A stretch of 64,000 nucleotides of DNA from Sphingobacteriales bacterium. Lineage in GTDB: Bacteria; Bacteroidota; Bacteroidia; UKL13-3. The stretch lies in NCBI GenBank assembly GCA_021298155.1, contig JAJTEN010000003.1, forward strand, positions 31,388 through 95,387, in the 5' to 3' direction. The notes below the pieces were generated by a model. That model had not been told where the DNA came from and did no database searches. It was given only the letters and a program-made list of their open reading frames with translations. The position numbers and the translations under genes were made by a program. Position 1 is the first letter of the stretch. Each line of letters starts with the position of its first letter. Shown one piece after another: positions 48,498 through 57,792 of the stretch.

Positions 48498-49271
48498 TTA
48501 CTCAAACTTGAGGTGCTTCACAGATTCACCAGAATCTCTCAACTCTATGAGTGAATCTATACCAATCTCTAAGTGTTTTAATACATAATTTTGCGTAACG
48601 CTGATATCACTTTTAGACGTTTTAACACCCTCAGGAACCATTGGATTATCGCTAACTAATAAGAGTGCGCCTTTAGGTATTTCGTTTACAAAACCCGTTA
48701 TAAAAATGGTAGCGGTTTCCATATCAATCCCCATTGCACGCGTTTTCCTTAAGTATTCTTTAAACACCTCATCATGCTCCCAAACTCTGCGATTGGTGGT
48801 GTAAACAGTACCCGTCCAATAATCTAAATCATGTTTTACAATAGCAGCAGAAACCGCCTTTTGCAATCTAAAAGATGGCAATGCAGGTATCTCTTCCATA
48901 ATATAATCATTACTGGTTCCTTCTCCCCTAATGGCAGCAATTGGCAGAATTAAATCCCCTATTTTAGTTACTTTTTTTAACCCACCACACTTGCCCAAGA
49001 ACAAAGCTGCTTTTGGTTTTACAGCGCTTAATAAATCCATACATGTGGCGGCCATGGCGCTACCCATACCAAAATTGATAATGGTAATATTTTCGGCCGT
49101 GGCGGTTTGCATGGGTTTATCTCTGCCCATAACCTCTACCTCAAAACGTTTGGCAAATAAATCTACATACAATATAAAATTGGTTAGTAATATGTATTCT
49201 CCAAACTCCTCCAACGGTCTGCCTGTATATCTAGGCAGCCAATCTCTTACAATTTCCTCTTTCGTTTTCAT
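48498..49271 (-). CDS. amn: AMP nucleosidase-like protein, short form (PNP/UDP phosphorylase-family catalytic domain only)
   Basis: WLPRYTGRPLEEFGEYILLTNFILYVDLF and INFGMGSAMAATCMDLL...LFLGKCGGLK resemble the catalytic domain of AMP nucleosidase. At 257 aa it lacks the long N-terminal regulatory domain of the E. coli enzyme. Confidence 0.65.
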   Translation of the reverse strand: MKTKEEIVRDWLPRYTGRPLEEFGEYILLTNFILYVDLFAKRFEVEVMGRDKPMQTATAENITIINFGMGSAMAATCMDLLSAVKPKAALFLGKCGGLKKVTKIGDLILPIAAIRGEGTSNDYIMEEIPALPSFRLQKAVSAAIVKHDLDYWTGTVYTTNRRVWEHDEVFKEYLRKTRAMGIDMETATIFITGFVNEIPKGALLLVSDNPMVPEGVKTSKSDISVTQNYVLKHLEIGIDSLIELRDSGESVKHLKFE

Positions 49272-49307
49272 AAAAGCAATATAGAACTATTCGTAGCATA
49301 ATAAAAG

Positions 49308-50786
49308 CTATTCTGCATCTTTCATTCCTTTAAATACGCCACTCATTAAATCGGAAAACTCATATCCACGAGCAAGAGGAGTTCTACTTAAGAGGCTAAA
49401 TTCAGCTAAACCATGCAGTAACAGCTCCATTAAAATGAGCTTTTCTGATTCACTATTCTTTGGATATTTTGACTTAACCAATTCGCCTAAACCTTCAACA
49501 GTAAGTAAAGTATTTAAATAATGATCATCCCTACTTTGGCTGAGGGCACTTACAGAATAACCATCATTGAACCAATTTAATATCGTAGCATAAGGATTTT
49601 CTTGTTTTGATTTTTTTGCCTTTTCGGGATTTGAGAATTTCTCTAAAAACAAGGTTCTAATGGCTTTTCCAATTAAATTTTGAGCCACATTTTTTGCCCC
49701 TTCTAGTTCGCCTTCGTATACTAATTCTACCTTACCAGTAATACTTGGTAAAACCCCAAATATATCGCTAATTCTGGCTTGGGTTTTAGTATCTTTATTC
49801 AGCAACATTCTTCGTTCTGCCGAACTATATAAGTTTTCCAATGCACTAATTGTTAAACGCGCTGAAACGCCACTTTTTTGATCCACCCAATCACTCGTTC
49901 TGGCCTCCATGGCAATATGCTCTATCAAATCAAGCAAAATATCAGAAACCAAAATATTCTTGCGCTGGGCTTCACTTATTTGGGCTTCTTGGGTAGTAAC
50001 TCGCTTAGCCAATGCAATTGTTTTTGGATAATGGGTAAGAATCTGACTATCTATTCTATCTTTTAAAGGAGTAACAATGCTTCCACGATTAGTATAATCT
50101 TCTGGATTGGCCGTAAAAATAAATTGCACATCCAAAGGCAAACGCAATTTAAACCCCCTAATTTGCAAATCACCTTCCTGCAAAATATTAAATAAAGACA
50201 CTTGAATTCTAGCTTGCAAATCGGGCAATTCATTTAATACAAATAAACAACGATTGCTTCTCGGAATGATCCCATAATGAATAACGCGTTCATCGTTAAA
50301 ATGCAATTTTAAAGTAGCTGCTTTAATCGGATCAATATCACCTATTAAATCTGCTACAGACACATCTGGTGTGGCTAATTTTTCAACATACCTCTCGCTC
50401 CGGCTTAACCAAGAAATAGGTGCTTTATTCCCTAATTCAGCTATTAAATTGTGTGCAAAAGCACTTATCGGGTTTAACGGGTCGTCATAAATTTCGCTCC
50501 CACTTAAGTAAGGTATTTGTTCATCTAATAAATTGACCATGAGTCGCGCAATTCTCGTTTTAGCTTGCCCTCTCAATCCCAATAGAATGATATTGTGTTC
50601 AGACAATATTGCTGTTTCTAATTGCGGAATCACGGTATCTTCATACCCATGAATTCCTTCAAATGGATTGCTACCATTTTGCAATGCCGATATTAGATTA
50701 TCGCGCATTTCTGTTTTAATGCTTTTAGAGAGATATCCTGATTTTATAAGTTCGCCTAAATTTTGAGGCATTTTCTTTTTGTTCAT
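49308..50786 (-). CDS. ChlI/BchI-like AAA+ ATPase of unknown role (often auto-annotated as Mg chelatase / sigma-54-interaction domain protein)
   Basis: P-loop-like LLGLRGQAKT, Walker-B-like CLFVLNELPDL, sensor-1 FIFTANPED, PLKDRIDS, sensor-2-like GVSARLTISAL; C-terminal ~150-aa helical extension. Confidence 0.65.
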   Translation of the reverse strand: MNKKKMPQNLGELIKSGYLSKSIKTEMRDNLISALQNGSNPFEGIHGYEDTVIPQLETAILSEHNIILLGLRGQAKTRIARLMVNLLDEQIPYLSGSEIYDDPLNPISAFAHNLIAELGNKAPISWLSRSERYVEKLATPDVSVADLIGDIDPIKAATLKLHFNDERVIHYGIIPRSNRCLFVLNELPDLQARIQVSLFNILQEGDLQIRGFKLRLPLDVQFIFTANPEDYTNRGSIVTPLKDRIDSQILTHYPKTIALAKRVTTQEAQISEAQRKNILVSDILLDLIEHIAMEARTSDWVDQKSGVSARLTISALENLYSSAERRMLLNKDTKTQARISDIFGVLPSITGKVELVYEGELEGAKNVAQNLIGKAIRTLFLEKFSNPEKAKKSKQENPYATILNWFNDGYSVSALSQSRDDHYLNTLLTVEGLGELVKSKYPKNSESEKLILMELLLHGLAEFSLLSRTPLARGYEFSDLMSGVFKGMKDAE

Positions 50787-50791
50787 GTGTG

Positions 50792-51889
50792 TTAACGTAA
50801 TTTCTTTTTTCTATTTTTTTCAAAATCTTCGAATACAAAATCCCCTAAACCATTGAGATTACTATAATATGCCTTGCCTTTATTCGTTTCTGTAAACTCC
50901 TGAACAAATTGTTGCAAATAAGGATCACTGGCAATCATAAAGGTAGTAATTGGTATGTTTACCCTTCTGGCTTGTGCAGCCATATTGAGCGTTTTATTGA
51001 TTACTTTTCTATCTAATCCAAAACTATTTTGATAGTATCCATTCCCTTCTTTTAAACAAGTAGGCTTACCATCTGTAATCATAAAAATTTGCTTATTGGG
51101 ATTTCTTTTCTTTCTCAGTATATCCAATGCCAATTCTAATCCGGCATACGTGTTGGTATGATATGGCCCAACCTGTAAAAATGGTAAATCCTTTATTTCA
51201 ATTGGCCAAGCGTCGTTACCAAATACAATAATATCTAGAGTATCTTTGGGATAGCGGGTTTTAATTAATTCGGCCAAGGCCATTGCAACCTTTTTCGCAG
51301 GTGTAATTCTATCTTCACCATATAAAATCATGCTATGAGAAATATCAATCATGAGCACTGTAGAAGTTTGTGTTTTAAAATCTCGTTCCCTCACACACAA
51401 ATCCTCTTCGGTAAGTTTAAAATCTACTATTCCATGATTAATTTGAGCATTTCTAATACTGCTATTTAAATCAATCTGATCCAAAGAATCGCCAAAAGCA
51501 AAAGGCCTCATGTCGCTATTCTGCTCATCTCCTTGTCCGCTTTTCTGAACCGAATGATTGCCCTTTCCACCTTTTTTAAGCTTACCAAAAACCTCATCTA
51601 AACTATTTTTGCGGATACTTTGATTGGTTTTAGCACTTGGCGTAAACGTAGCATCTACAGGATTTTCTTGAATATACCCTTTATCTTTTAAATCCTGTAT
51701 AAAATTTCCCATACCATACGCATTATTGGTAAGTTTGTGTTGCAAATCGAGTTGGTTCAGCCAATCCAATGCCTCGGCAACATCTCCATTCGTATATTGA
51801 AGAAGTTGTAAGAACAAATTCAATAATTGCTCAAAGCCTTTTTCTTCTGCTGCTTTAGGAATGTATTTTGAGAATAGGTGTCCGATCAT
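50792..51889 (-). CDS. von Willebrand factor type A (vWA) domain protein, partner of the adjacent AAA+
   Basis: MIDAS start VLMIDISHSM, IFMITDGKPT, and an N-terminal helical region. Only a 5-nt gap to the AAA+ gene. Confidence 0.7.
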   Translation of the reverse strand: MIGHLFSKYIPKAAEEKGFEQLLNLFLQLLQYTNGDVAEALDWLNQLDLQHKLTNNAYGMGNFIQDLKDKGYIQENPVDATFTPSAKTNQSIRKNSLDEVFGKLKKGGKGNHSVQKSGQGDEQNSDMRPFAFGDSLDQIDLNSSIRNAQINHGIVDFKLTEEDLCVRERDFKTQTSTVLMIDISHSMILYGEDRITPAKKVAMALAELIKTRYPKDTLDIIVFGNDAWPIEIKDLPFLQVGPYHTNTYAGLELALDILRKKRNPNKQIFMITDGKPTCLKEGNGYYQNSFGLDRKVINKTLNMAAQARRVNIPITTFMIASDPYLQQFVQEFTETNKGKAYYSNLNGLGDFVFEDFEKNRKKKLR

Positions 51890-51963
51890 GTATGTACCAT
51901 TAAACTTGGAATTTTAAAAATAGTTTTTTTTCATTAAAATTACTTGCATTACAGGAATCTACC

Positions 51964-51971
51964 TATTTTTG
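51964..51971 (+). promoter_or_regulatory. -7 promoter box (TATTTTTG) ending 4 nt before the EEP-family gene ATG
   Basis: Exact TAnnTTTG match. The spacing implies a leaderless or near-leaderless mRNA. Confidence 0.3.
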
Positions 51972-51975
51972 AACT

Positions 51976-52995
51976 ATGAAATTACGTATATACATTATTC
52001 TAAGCACCTTATTTTTGGCAGATTGTGAACTTATGGCTCAATCAAAAATTTGCATAAGTTTTTACAATCAAGAAAATTTATTTGACACCTTAGATACGCC
52101 CAATAAAGATGATGCAGAATTTCTGCCACAAGGCCCTTATGCTTGGAACAGTGAAAAGTATTACAATAAATTAAATAATATGTCTACTGTTATTGCCGCT
52201 ATAAACAAGGGAAAAGGTCCAGATTTTTTAGGCATGTGCGAGGTAGAAAACAATTTAGTAGTGTCAGATTTAGCTAACACATTGGCTAAAAGAAATCAAA
52301 ACTATCAATTTATCTGGCACGACAGCAAAGATGAGCGTGGTATAGACAATGCATTGTTCTATAAAAAAAATCTGGTACATGCGGTTCAATCGCGACTATA
52401 CGACATACACCCAGACAGCATTGGTGGCAGTGTAACAAGGGGATTATTAATGGCAGATTTTATCCTCAAAAACAAATCTAGACTCGTTATTTTTGTTAAC
52501 CATTGGCCAAGTAGAAGAGGTGGAGAAACAGAGAGTGAACCTAAGCGCATTTACGTGGCCAATTACTTAAAATACCTCTGTGATAGTATCCAAAAAAACG
52601 ACCCTAAAGTACATATAGTTTTGATGGGAGATTTTAACGATCACCCAGATAATAAAAGTATCAGCCAACACCTACAAGCTAAAGAATCAGCAATAAGTGT
52701 AGGGAAAACCGACTTTTACAATCCAATGTTTCAATTGCTAAAGGAAGGAAAAGGGTCTTATAACCACAGAGGGAATTGGAATTTTTTAGACCAATTTATG
52801 CTGAACCAAAACTTAGTTTCGGGCAAAGGGAAGTTGAGTTATGTAAATCAATCGGCTCAGGCCTTTAAAGAAGATTTTATGTTAGAGACGGAAGAAAAAT
52901 ATAAAGGCAATCCAAAACGTACTTTTGGCGGTAAAAAATACCTGAATGGGTACAGTGATCATTTACCCATTTACATGTATTTGCAATTAAATTAA
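51976..52995 (+). CDS. secreted endonuclease/exonuclease/phosphatase (EEP) family protein
   Basis: Signal peptide MKLRIYIILSTLFLADCELMAQ. EEP blocks ISFYNQENLFD, GMCEVEN, VNHWPSRRGG, LMGDFND and GYSDHLPIY. Confidence 0.75.
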   Translation: MKLRIYIILSTLFLADCELMAQSKICISFYNQENLFDTLDTPNKDDAEFLPQGPYAWNSEKYYNKLNNMSTVIAAINKGKGPDFLGMCEVENNLVVSDLANTLAKRNQNYQFIWHDSKDERGIDNALFYKKNLVHAVQSRLYDIHPDSIGGSVTRGLLMADFILKNKSRLVIFVNHWPSRRGGETESEPKRIYVANYLKYLCDSIQKNDPKVHIVLMGDFNDHPDNKSISQHLQAKESAISVGKTDFYNPMFQLLKEGKGSYNHRGNWNFLDQFMLNQNLVSGKGKLSYVNQSAQAFKEDFMLETEEKYKGNPKRTFGGKKYLNGYSDHLPIYMYLQLN

Positions 52996-52997
52996 GC

Positions 52998-53675
52998 GTG
53001 AATAGTCCCACAATAATTAGTAATCCGGCTGGATTAAAAACCTTGTTTCAAGCGGAGTTAAATGAAACCTATCATTCTATATACGGTGCTTATCAAGAAA
53101 GCAAACATGTGTTTATTACTGCAGGTTTAAATTTTTTTTGGCAAGGTGAACATCCAAGTTCAACATCCATTTTAGAAATTGGATTTGGCACTGGCTTAAA
53201 TGCCATGTTAAGTTTTCTCGAATCAGAAGCGCATAAAAAACCAATTACTTACCACAGTTACGAAACCCTACCACTCGCGTATTCATTGATACAAGGATTA
53301 GATTACCACCACAATTGGGATGTAAAAGATGAAAACTACTTCAAACACATGCATACCTGTGCGTGGGATAAAACAATCCATATTTCTGATTTTTTTGAGT
53401 TGGTAAAAATCAATAAAAGTATACTTCATGCCGTTCCAGAACAATTATACCATTTGATTTATTTTGATGCTTTTGCACCCAATAAACAAGAAGAAATGTG
53501 GAGCGAGGAGGTCTTTACTACCCTATTTAATGCTTTAAATCCAGGCGGAGTTTTAGTAACCTACACCGCTAAAGGAGCTGTAAGAAGGACCTTGCAATCG
53601 ATTGGATATGTAGTAGAAAGAATTGATGGCCCACCCGGCAAAAGACATATGCTTAGGGCTATAAAACCCAAGTAA
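52998..53675 (+). CDS. mnmD: tRNA (mnm5s2U34)-methyltransferase, stand-alone MnmC methyltransferase domain
   Basis: SAM-MTase block ILEIGFGTGLN and the DUF752/MnmC signature YFDAFAPNKQEEMW...GGVLVTY. GTG start. Confidence 0.7.
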   Translation: MNSPTIISNPAGLKTLFQAELNETYHSIYGAYQESKHVFITAGLNFFWQGEHPSSTSILEIGFGTGLNAMLSFLESEAHKKPITYHSYETLPLAYSLIQGLDYHHNWDVKDENYFKHMHTCAWDKTIHISDFFELVKINKSILHAVPEQLYHLIYFDAFAPNKQEEMWSEEVFTTLFNALNPGGVLVTYTAKGAVRRTLQSIGYVVERIDGPPGKRHMLRAIKPK

Positions 53676-53677
53676 AA

Positions 53678-54751
53678 ATGAACCAATTAACTAGCTACGA
53701 TTTTCTGATTGTTGGCGCAGGCATTGCAGGATTAAGTCTGGCATGGCAATTAGAAAAAAAACATAAAAGTTTTCTCATTATAGATCCAGGAGGACAACAT
53801 AAAAGTAGTCGTGTTGCTGCCGGTATGTTCAACCCCATAAGCGGAAAAAGAATGACCGTGAATTGGAGGGTTCAGGAACTTTTAACAGACCTACATGAAA
53901 CCTTTAATGAATTTAATAGTCTGCTTGGAAAGAAATATTTGGTAGACGCAAACATCATTCAATGCTTTGGCAATACAAAAGAAAGCAATGATTTTAGTTT
54001 GCAATTGGAAAAGTCAGACTTTAGTCGGTTTATTGGTTCAAACCCAATAGAAATAGATGGCCTGAACCAAGAATTTGGCTCATTTGAGGTGCTGGGATCT
54101 GGCTGGGTAAAAACAAAAGAATGGATTGAAGATTTTCAAGACTATTTATTAAAGAAAGGCGCTTTTATAAAAGATAAAGTAGAGTGGAAAGCCTTATCAT
54201 TAGATGGCAATGAGTGGCATTGGCAAGGGCATAGCTTTGCAAAAGTAGTGAGCTGCGAAGGCTATCATTATCAAAACAACCCTTACTTTAATTGGTTACC
54301 TTTTAAGTTATGTAAAGGGCAGGTTTTGCATATTCAGTGTGTTGGACTAAACCAAAAATATATCCTTAAAAAGGGAGTATATTTGGTGCATCAATACGAT
54401 GATGTATATAAAGTTGGCGCAACCTATGAATGGGATTTTGAAGATGAAAAGCCCAATGAACTTGGCAAAGAAACCTTAATAAACAAACTAGATAAACTGC
54501 TTACCTTACCCTATTCAATCGTATCACAAGAATCTGGTGTTCGACCTACAACGCGAGATAGAGCAGCCATATTGGGAAAGCACCCAGAGGTAAAAAACCT
54601 CTATTGCTTTAACGGATTAGGCACCAAAGGAATGTTACAAGCACCCTTTTTAGCCAAGCATTTTTTAGCAGCCATGGAAGGATTAACAAGTTTGGATCCA
54701 AAAGTAGCTATTGAACGATTTTACCCGTTCTACTCCACTGGTCAGATTTAA
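53678..54751 (+). CDS. FAD-dependent oxidoreductase (DAO family), probable stand-alone MnmC oxidoreductase domain
   Basis: Rossmann motif DFLIVGAGIAGLSLA and DAO-like length. Starts 2 nt after the mnmD-like stop, in the same domain order as fused E. coli MnmC. Confidence 0.65.
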   Translation: MNQLTSYDFLIVGAGIAGLSLAWQLEKKHKSFLIIDPGGQHKSSRVAAGMFNPISGKRMTVNWRVQELLTDLHETFNEFNSLLGKKYLVDANIIQCFGNTKESNDFSLQLEKSDFSRFIGSNPIEIDGLNQEFGSFEVLGSGWVKTKEWIEDFQDYLLKKGAFIKDKVEWKALSLDGNEWHWQGHSFAKVVSCEGYHYQNNPYFNWLPFKLCKGQVLHIQCVGLNQKYILKKGVYLVHQYDDVYKVGATYEWDFEDEKPNELGKETLINKLDKLLTLPYSIVSQESGVRPTTRDRAAILGKHPEVKNLYCFNGLGTKGMLQAPFLAKHFLAAMEGLTSLDPKVAIERFYPFYSTGQI

Positions 54752-54805
54752 AAATTGGTGTAAAAATAATCTATATAACCATGCAACTTGGAACTATTTT
54801 GCAGT

Positions 54806-55795
54806 ATGGAATGGAGCATAGAAAAGATTAAATTAGACCTAAAGTACACCTGGAAAATTTCTAGGAACAGCAGTGCTTTTAAAGAAAATTTTATCATAAG
54901 CTGTAAAACAGCCACTGGCATCGGAAAAGGCGAAATTGCACCCAATATTAGGTATCAAGAAACGCCTGAAAATATACTTTCACATTTTAATGCCATTGTA
55001 AATGAGTTGAATCAACTGAGTTTTACAGACCAAGAAGTGAATAGGTATATAGCCAAGCAAGCCATACCAAATGCCTTAAAGTTTGGCTTACAGTCGGCCT
55101 TTACACAGGCTTATTGTATACATCATAAGCAAAGCATTCATTCGTATTTAAACATTGACAAACCCACCCAAGTTGGCAGTTGCTATACCCTTCCAATTAT
55201 GGAAATGAATGAACTAGAACCCTTCTTTAACCAACATCAATTGCACAGGTTTAAACAGATAAAAATTAAAGTAAATGATGCTAGCGGAATAGATTTAGTG
55301 AAAGAAGTTTTGGGCTTAGGTGCCCCAAGCATAATGATTGATGCCAATGAAGCTTGGAAAGATGTTGAGGAGTTAATTCGTTTTACAGAAGTAATACAAA
55401 AATTACCGGTATTATTTATAGAACAGCCTATGCCTTCTGATTTTACTGAAGCTTACAAGCATTTAAAAAAACACAGTAAGCTTCCTATTATGGCAGACGA
55501 AAGCGTTTTATCTGAACCCAATTTTGATGAAATTGAACAGCAATTTCATGGGGTAAATATGAAGTTAATGAAAGCAGGCTCGTATCAAAACGGCATTCGT
55601 ATATTACAGGAAGCTAAACGCAGAAATATGATTTGTATGATTGGCTGCATGGTTGAAACAACATTGGGAATAAAAGCGGCTTGGGACCTTTGCTCACTGG
55701 CTGATTATGTAGATTTAGATGGTTGTTTAATTGTGGCCAACGAACCCTTCCATGCGGTTTACGAAAAGGATGGCTATTTTTTTGAAAAGGAATAA
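54806..55795 (+). CDS. enolase-superfamily dipeptide (L-Ala-D/L-Glu) epimerase-like protein
   Basis: MR/MLE blocks FKQIKIKV, MIDANEAW, FIEQP, IMADES and NMKLMKAG. ATG at 54806 preferred over the TTG at 54788. Confidence 0.65.
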   Translation: MEWSIEKIKLDLKYTWKISRNSSAFKENFIISCKTATGIGKGEIAPNIRYQETPENILSHFNAIVNELNQLSFTDQEVNRYIAKQAIPNALKFGLQSAFTQAYCIHHKQSIHSYLNIDKPTQVGSCYTLPIMEMNELEPFFNQHQLHRFKQIKIKVNDASGIDLVKEVLGLGAPSIMIDANEAWKDVEELIRFTEVIQKLPVLFIEQPMPSDFTEAYKHLKKHSKLPIMADESVLSEPNFDEIEQQFHGVNMKLMKAGSYQNGIRILQEAKRRNMICMIGCMVETTLGIKAAWDLCSLADYVDLDGCLIVANEPFHAVYEKDGYFFEKE

Positions 55796-55800
55796 GTAAG

Positions 55801-56271
55801 ATGCTAGAAACACAGAGCATTTCAAACATAAAAAAAGAATTAGCGCATTTAGCTGCTCCAGATTTGAGTCGCATTATTCTGCGTTTGGCCAAATTTAAAA
55901 AGATCAATAAAGAGCTAACACATTATTTATTATTTGAGGCACATGATGAAGAAAGTTTTATAGAAAAAGTTAAAAACATCATTGAGGAGCGGTTCAAAGA
56001 TACCCCTAAGAACAGTTCGTATTTGGCTACAAAACAAATCAGAAAAACACTCCGATTAACCAATCAATATGCTGGATATAGCGATTTGGTTCAGACCGAA
56101 ATTGAATTATTGATTTACTTTTGCACCCAAACAAAACCTTTTGTAACCTTATATAAAAATCAAACGGTATTAAGCAATTTGTACCTAAGGCAAATTCAGA
56201 AACTGAAAAAACTAATATCTAAATTGCACGAGGATTTGCAGTATGATTATGAAAAAAAAATTACGAATTAA
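55801..56271 (+). CDS. hypothetical protein (helical, Lys/Glu-rich)
   Basis: 156-aa ORF, 5 nt after the epimerase-like gene. No recognised motif. Confidence 0.4.
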   Translation: MLETQSISNIKKELAHLAAPDLSRIILRLAKFKKINKELTHYLLFEAHDEESFIEKVKNIIEERFKDTPKNSSYLATKQIRKTLRLTNQYAGYSDLVQTEIELLIYFCTQTKPFVTLYKNQTVLSNLYLRQIQKLKKLISKLHEDLQYDYEKKITN

Positions 56272-56277
56272 AAACGA

Positions 56278-57792
56278 TCATTCGTAATTTTTAATTGAAT
56301 TTATTAAGTCTGATGCAATAATGCTACGGTAATTCTGTTGTGCAAGGCGATCTGCTAATTGTCCGTGCCAATTTACACCCAATGCGGCTGCCTCTATTGG
56401 TTTAATTCCTTGCGCCAGCAGAGAGGTAATGATTCCGGTTAAAACATCTCCGCTACCTGCGGTGGCCAATAATGCATTGCCAGACCCATTAAAAATTACT
56501 TCGCCATTGGTATGTATAATTTGTGTATACTTGGCTTTTAACACAATAATTACCTGCCATGCTTTAGCCCAATATTGGGCAGATTTCAATCGTTCAAAGG
56601 TGTTTTGGTTTGATCCAAACAACCTATCAAACTCCTTGGCATGCGGCGTTAAAATAGTTTGTGGTGGCAAGCTAAAATCTTGACCTTGTTGCCTGGCCAA
56701 TGCCAAACAATTCAAGGCATCTGCATCTAATACCAAAGGCAAGTTTGCATTTTCTAAAAAATCTATCAATGCGGCTTGGGTTTCTGGTGCGGTGCCCAAA
56801 CCCGGACCAATACCGATGGCTGTATATGCTTTTAATGGTGGAAATTCACTAATATAATGGTCAGACATATCTAAGCTAAGCATAGCCTCGGGAAATGCCG
56901 TTTGAAAAATATCATTTGCCTTGGATGGCACATGTGCGGTAACTAATCCGGCGCCACTGCGTAAAATGGCCTTGGCACATAGCAGTGCTGCTCCCATTTT
57001 CCCTCTGCTACCAGCTACCAGTAAGGCATGTCCGTTTTGCCATTTCTGCCCAAAAGCATGTAAGTTTTTTACAGGCAAATCAAGTTGTTTTTGGAAGCTA
57101 AAATCCGTTTCGGTTTGATCCAAAAAATCAGGATGCAAATCAATATCAATCAACTTTAATTCGCCCACACATTCACCTGTTTCTGGAAATAGGAATGCTG
57201 TTTTGGGAACCTGAAAGGAATAGGTAATATTGGCTTTTAGCACTAAAGAAATATCTTGATACATGGCTTTTTCAACATCGCCAAATAATCCAGAAGGTAT
57301 ATCTATGGCTATTTTAAAGGCAGCAGACTGGTTCATGAACTGAACCAAATTGGCAGCCAACCCATGCAATTCAGTATGCAATCCGGCACCCAATAAAGCA
57401 TCTATGCAAATATCCATGGGTGGTAGAATTTGCAAATCTTCTTCGGTTTTAATACGGTTTATAGTGAGGCCCATCGCCTCTGCACGCAGGAAATTAACTT
57501 CAAAATCTTCCGAACCTTTTTCTTTGATATGCAATACATACACGCTTACATCTAGGCCCTCGCTTTTGAGGTAACGCGCTATAACCAAACCATCGCCACC
57601 ATTGTTTCCTTGGGCACAAAAAACCACTATTTTCTTTTGAACCAAATTGGTAAACAAAACATTTAAATCTTCTTTAATTGAAGCAAAGCAGCGCGTAGCG
57701 GCCCTTTCCATTAACCCTAAACTACTTACAGGTTCGTTTGCTATGGTGTATGAATCCCAAGCCTGTATTTGGGCTAGCGATAAGATTTTCAT
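56278..57792 (-). CDS. nnr: bifunctional NAD(P)H-hydrate epimerase / ADP-dependent dehydratase
   Basis: YjeF-N block CAQGNNGGDGLV and a C-terminal carbohydrate-kinase-like block ATAGSGDVLTG; 504 aa. Confidence 0.9.
   Translation of the reverse strand: MKILSLAQIQAWDSYTIANEPVSSLGLMERAATRCFASIKEDLNVLFTNLVQKKIVVFCAQGNNGGDGLVIARYLKSEGLDVSVYVLHIKEKGSEDFEVNFLRAEAMGLTINRIKTEEDLQILPPMDICIDALLGAGLHTELHGLAANLVQFMNQSAAFKIAIDIPSGLFGDVEKAMYQDISLVLKANITYSFQVPKTAFLFPETGECVGELKLIDIDLHPDFLDQTETDFSFQKQLDLPVKNLHAFGQKWQNGHALLVAGSRGKMGAALLCAKAILRSGAGLVTAHVPSKANDIFQTAFPEAMLSLDMSDHYISEFPPLKAYTAIGIGPGLGTAPETQAALIDFLENANLPLVLDADALNCLALARQQGQDFSLPPQTILTPHAKEFDRLFGSNQNTFERLKSAQYWAKAWQVIIVLKAKYTQIIHTNGEVIFNGSGNALLATAGSGDVLTGIITSLLAQGIKPIEAAALGVNWHGQLADRLAQQNYRSIIASDLINSIKNYE

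Noticed and set aside
48498-52995. Reading the AAA+ / vWA / nucleosidase / EEP nuclease neighbourhood as an anti-phage defence island
   Set aside because: The EEP protein is divergently transcribed and has a clear secretion signal, so it is an extracellular nuclease or phosphatase. The AAA+/vWA pair and the short amn look like widely conserved Bacteroidota genes. No mobile-element, integrase or tRNA boundary is present. The idea is kept only as a low-probability hypothesis in the findings.
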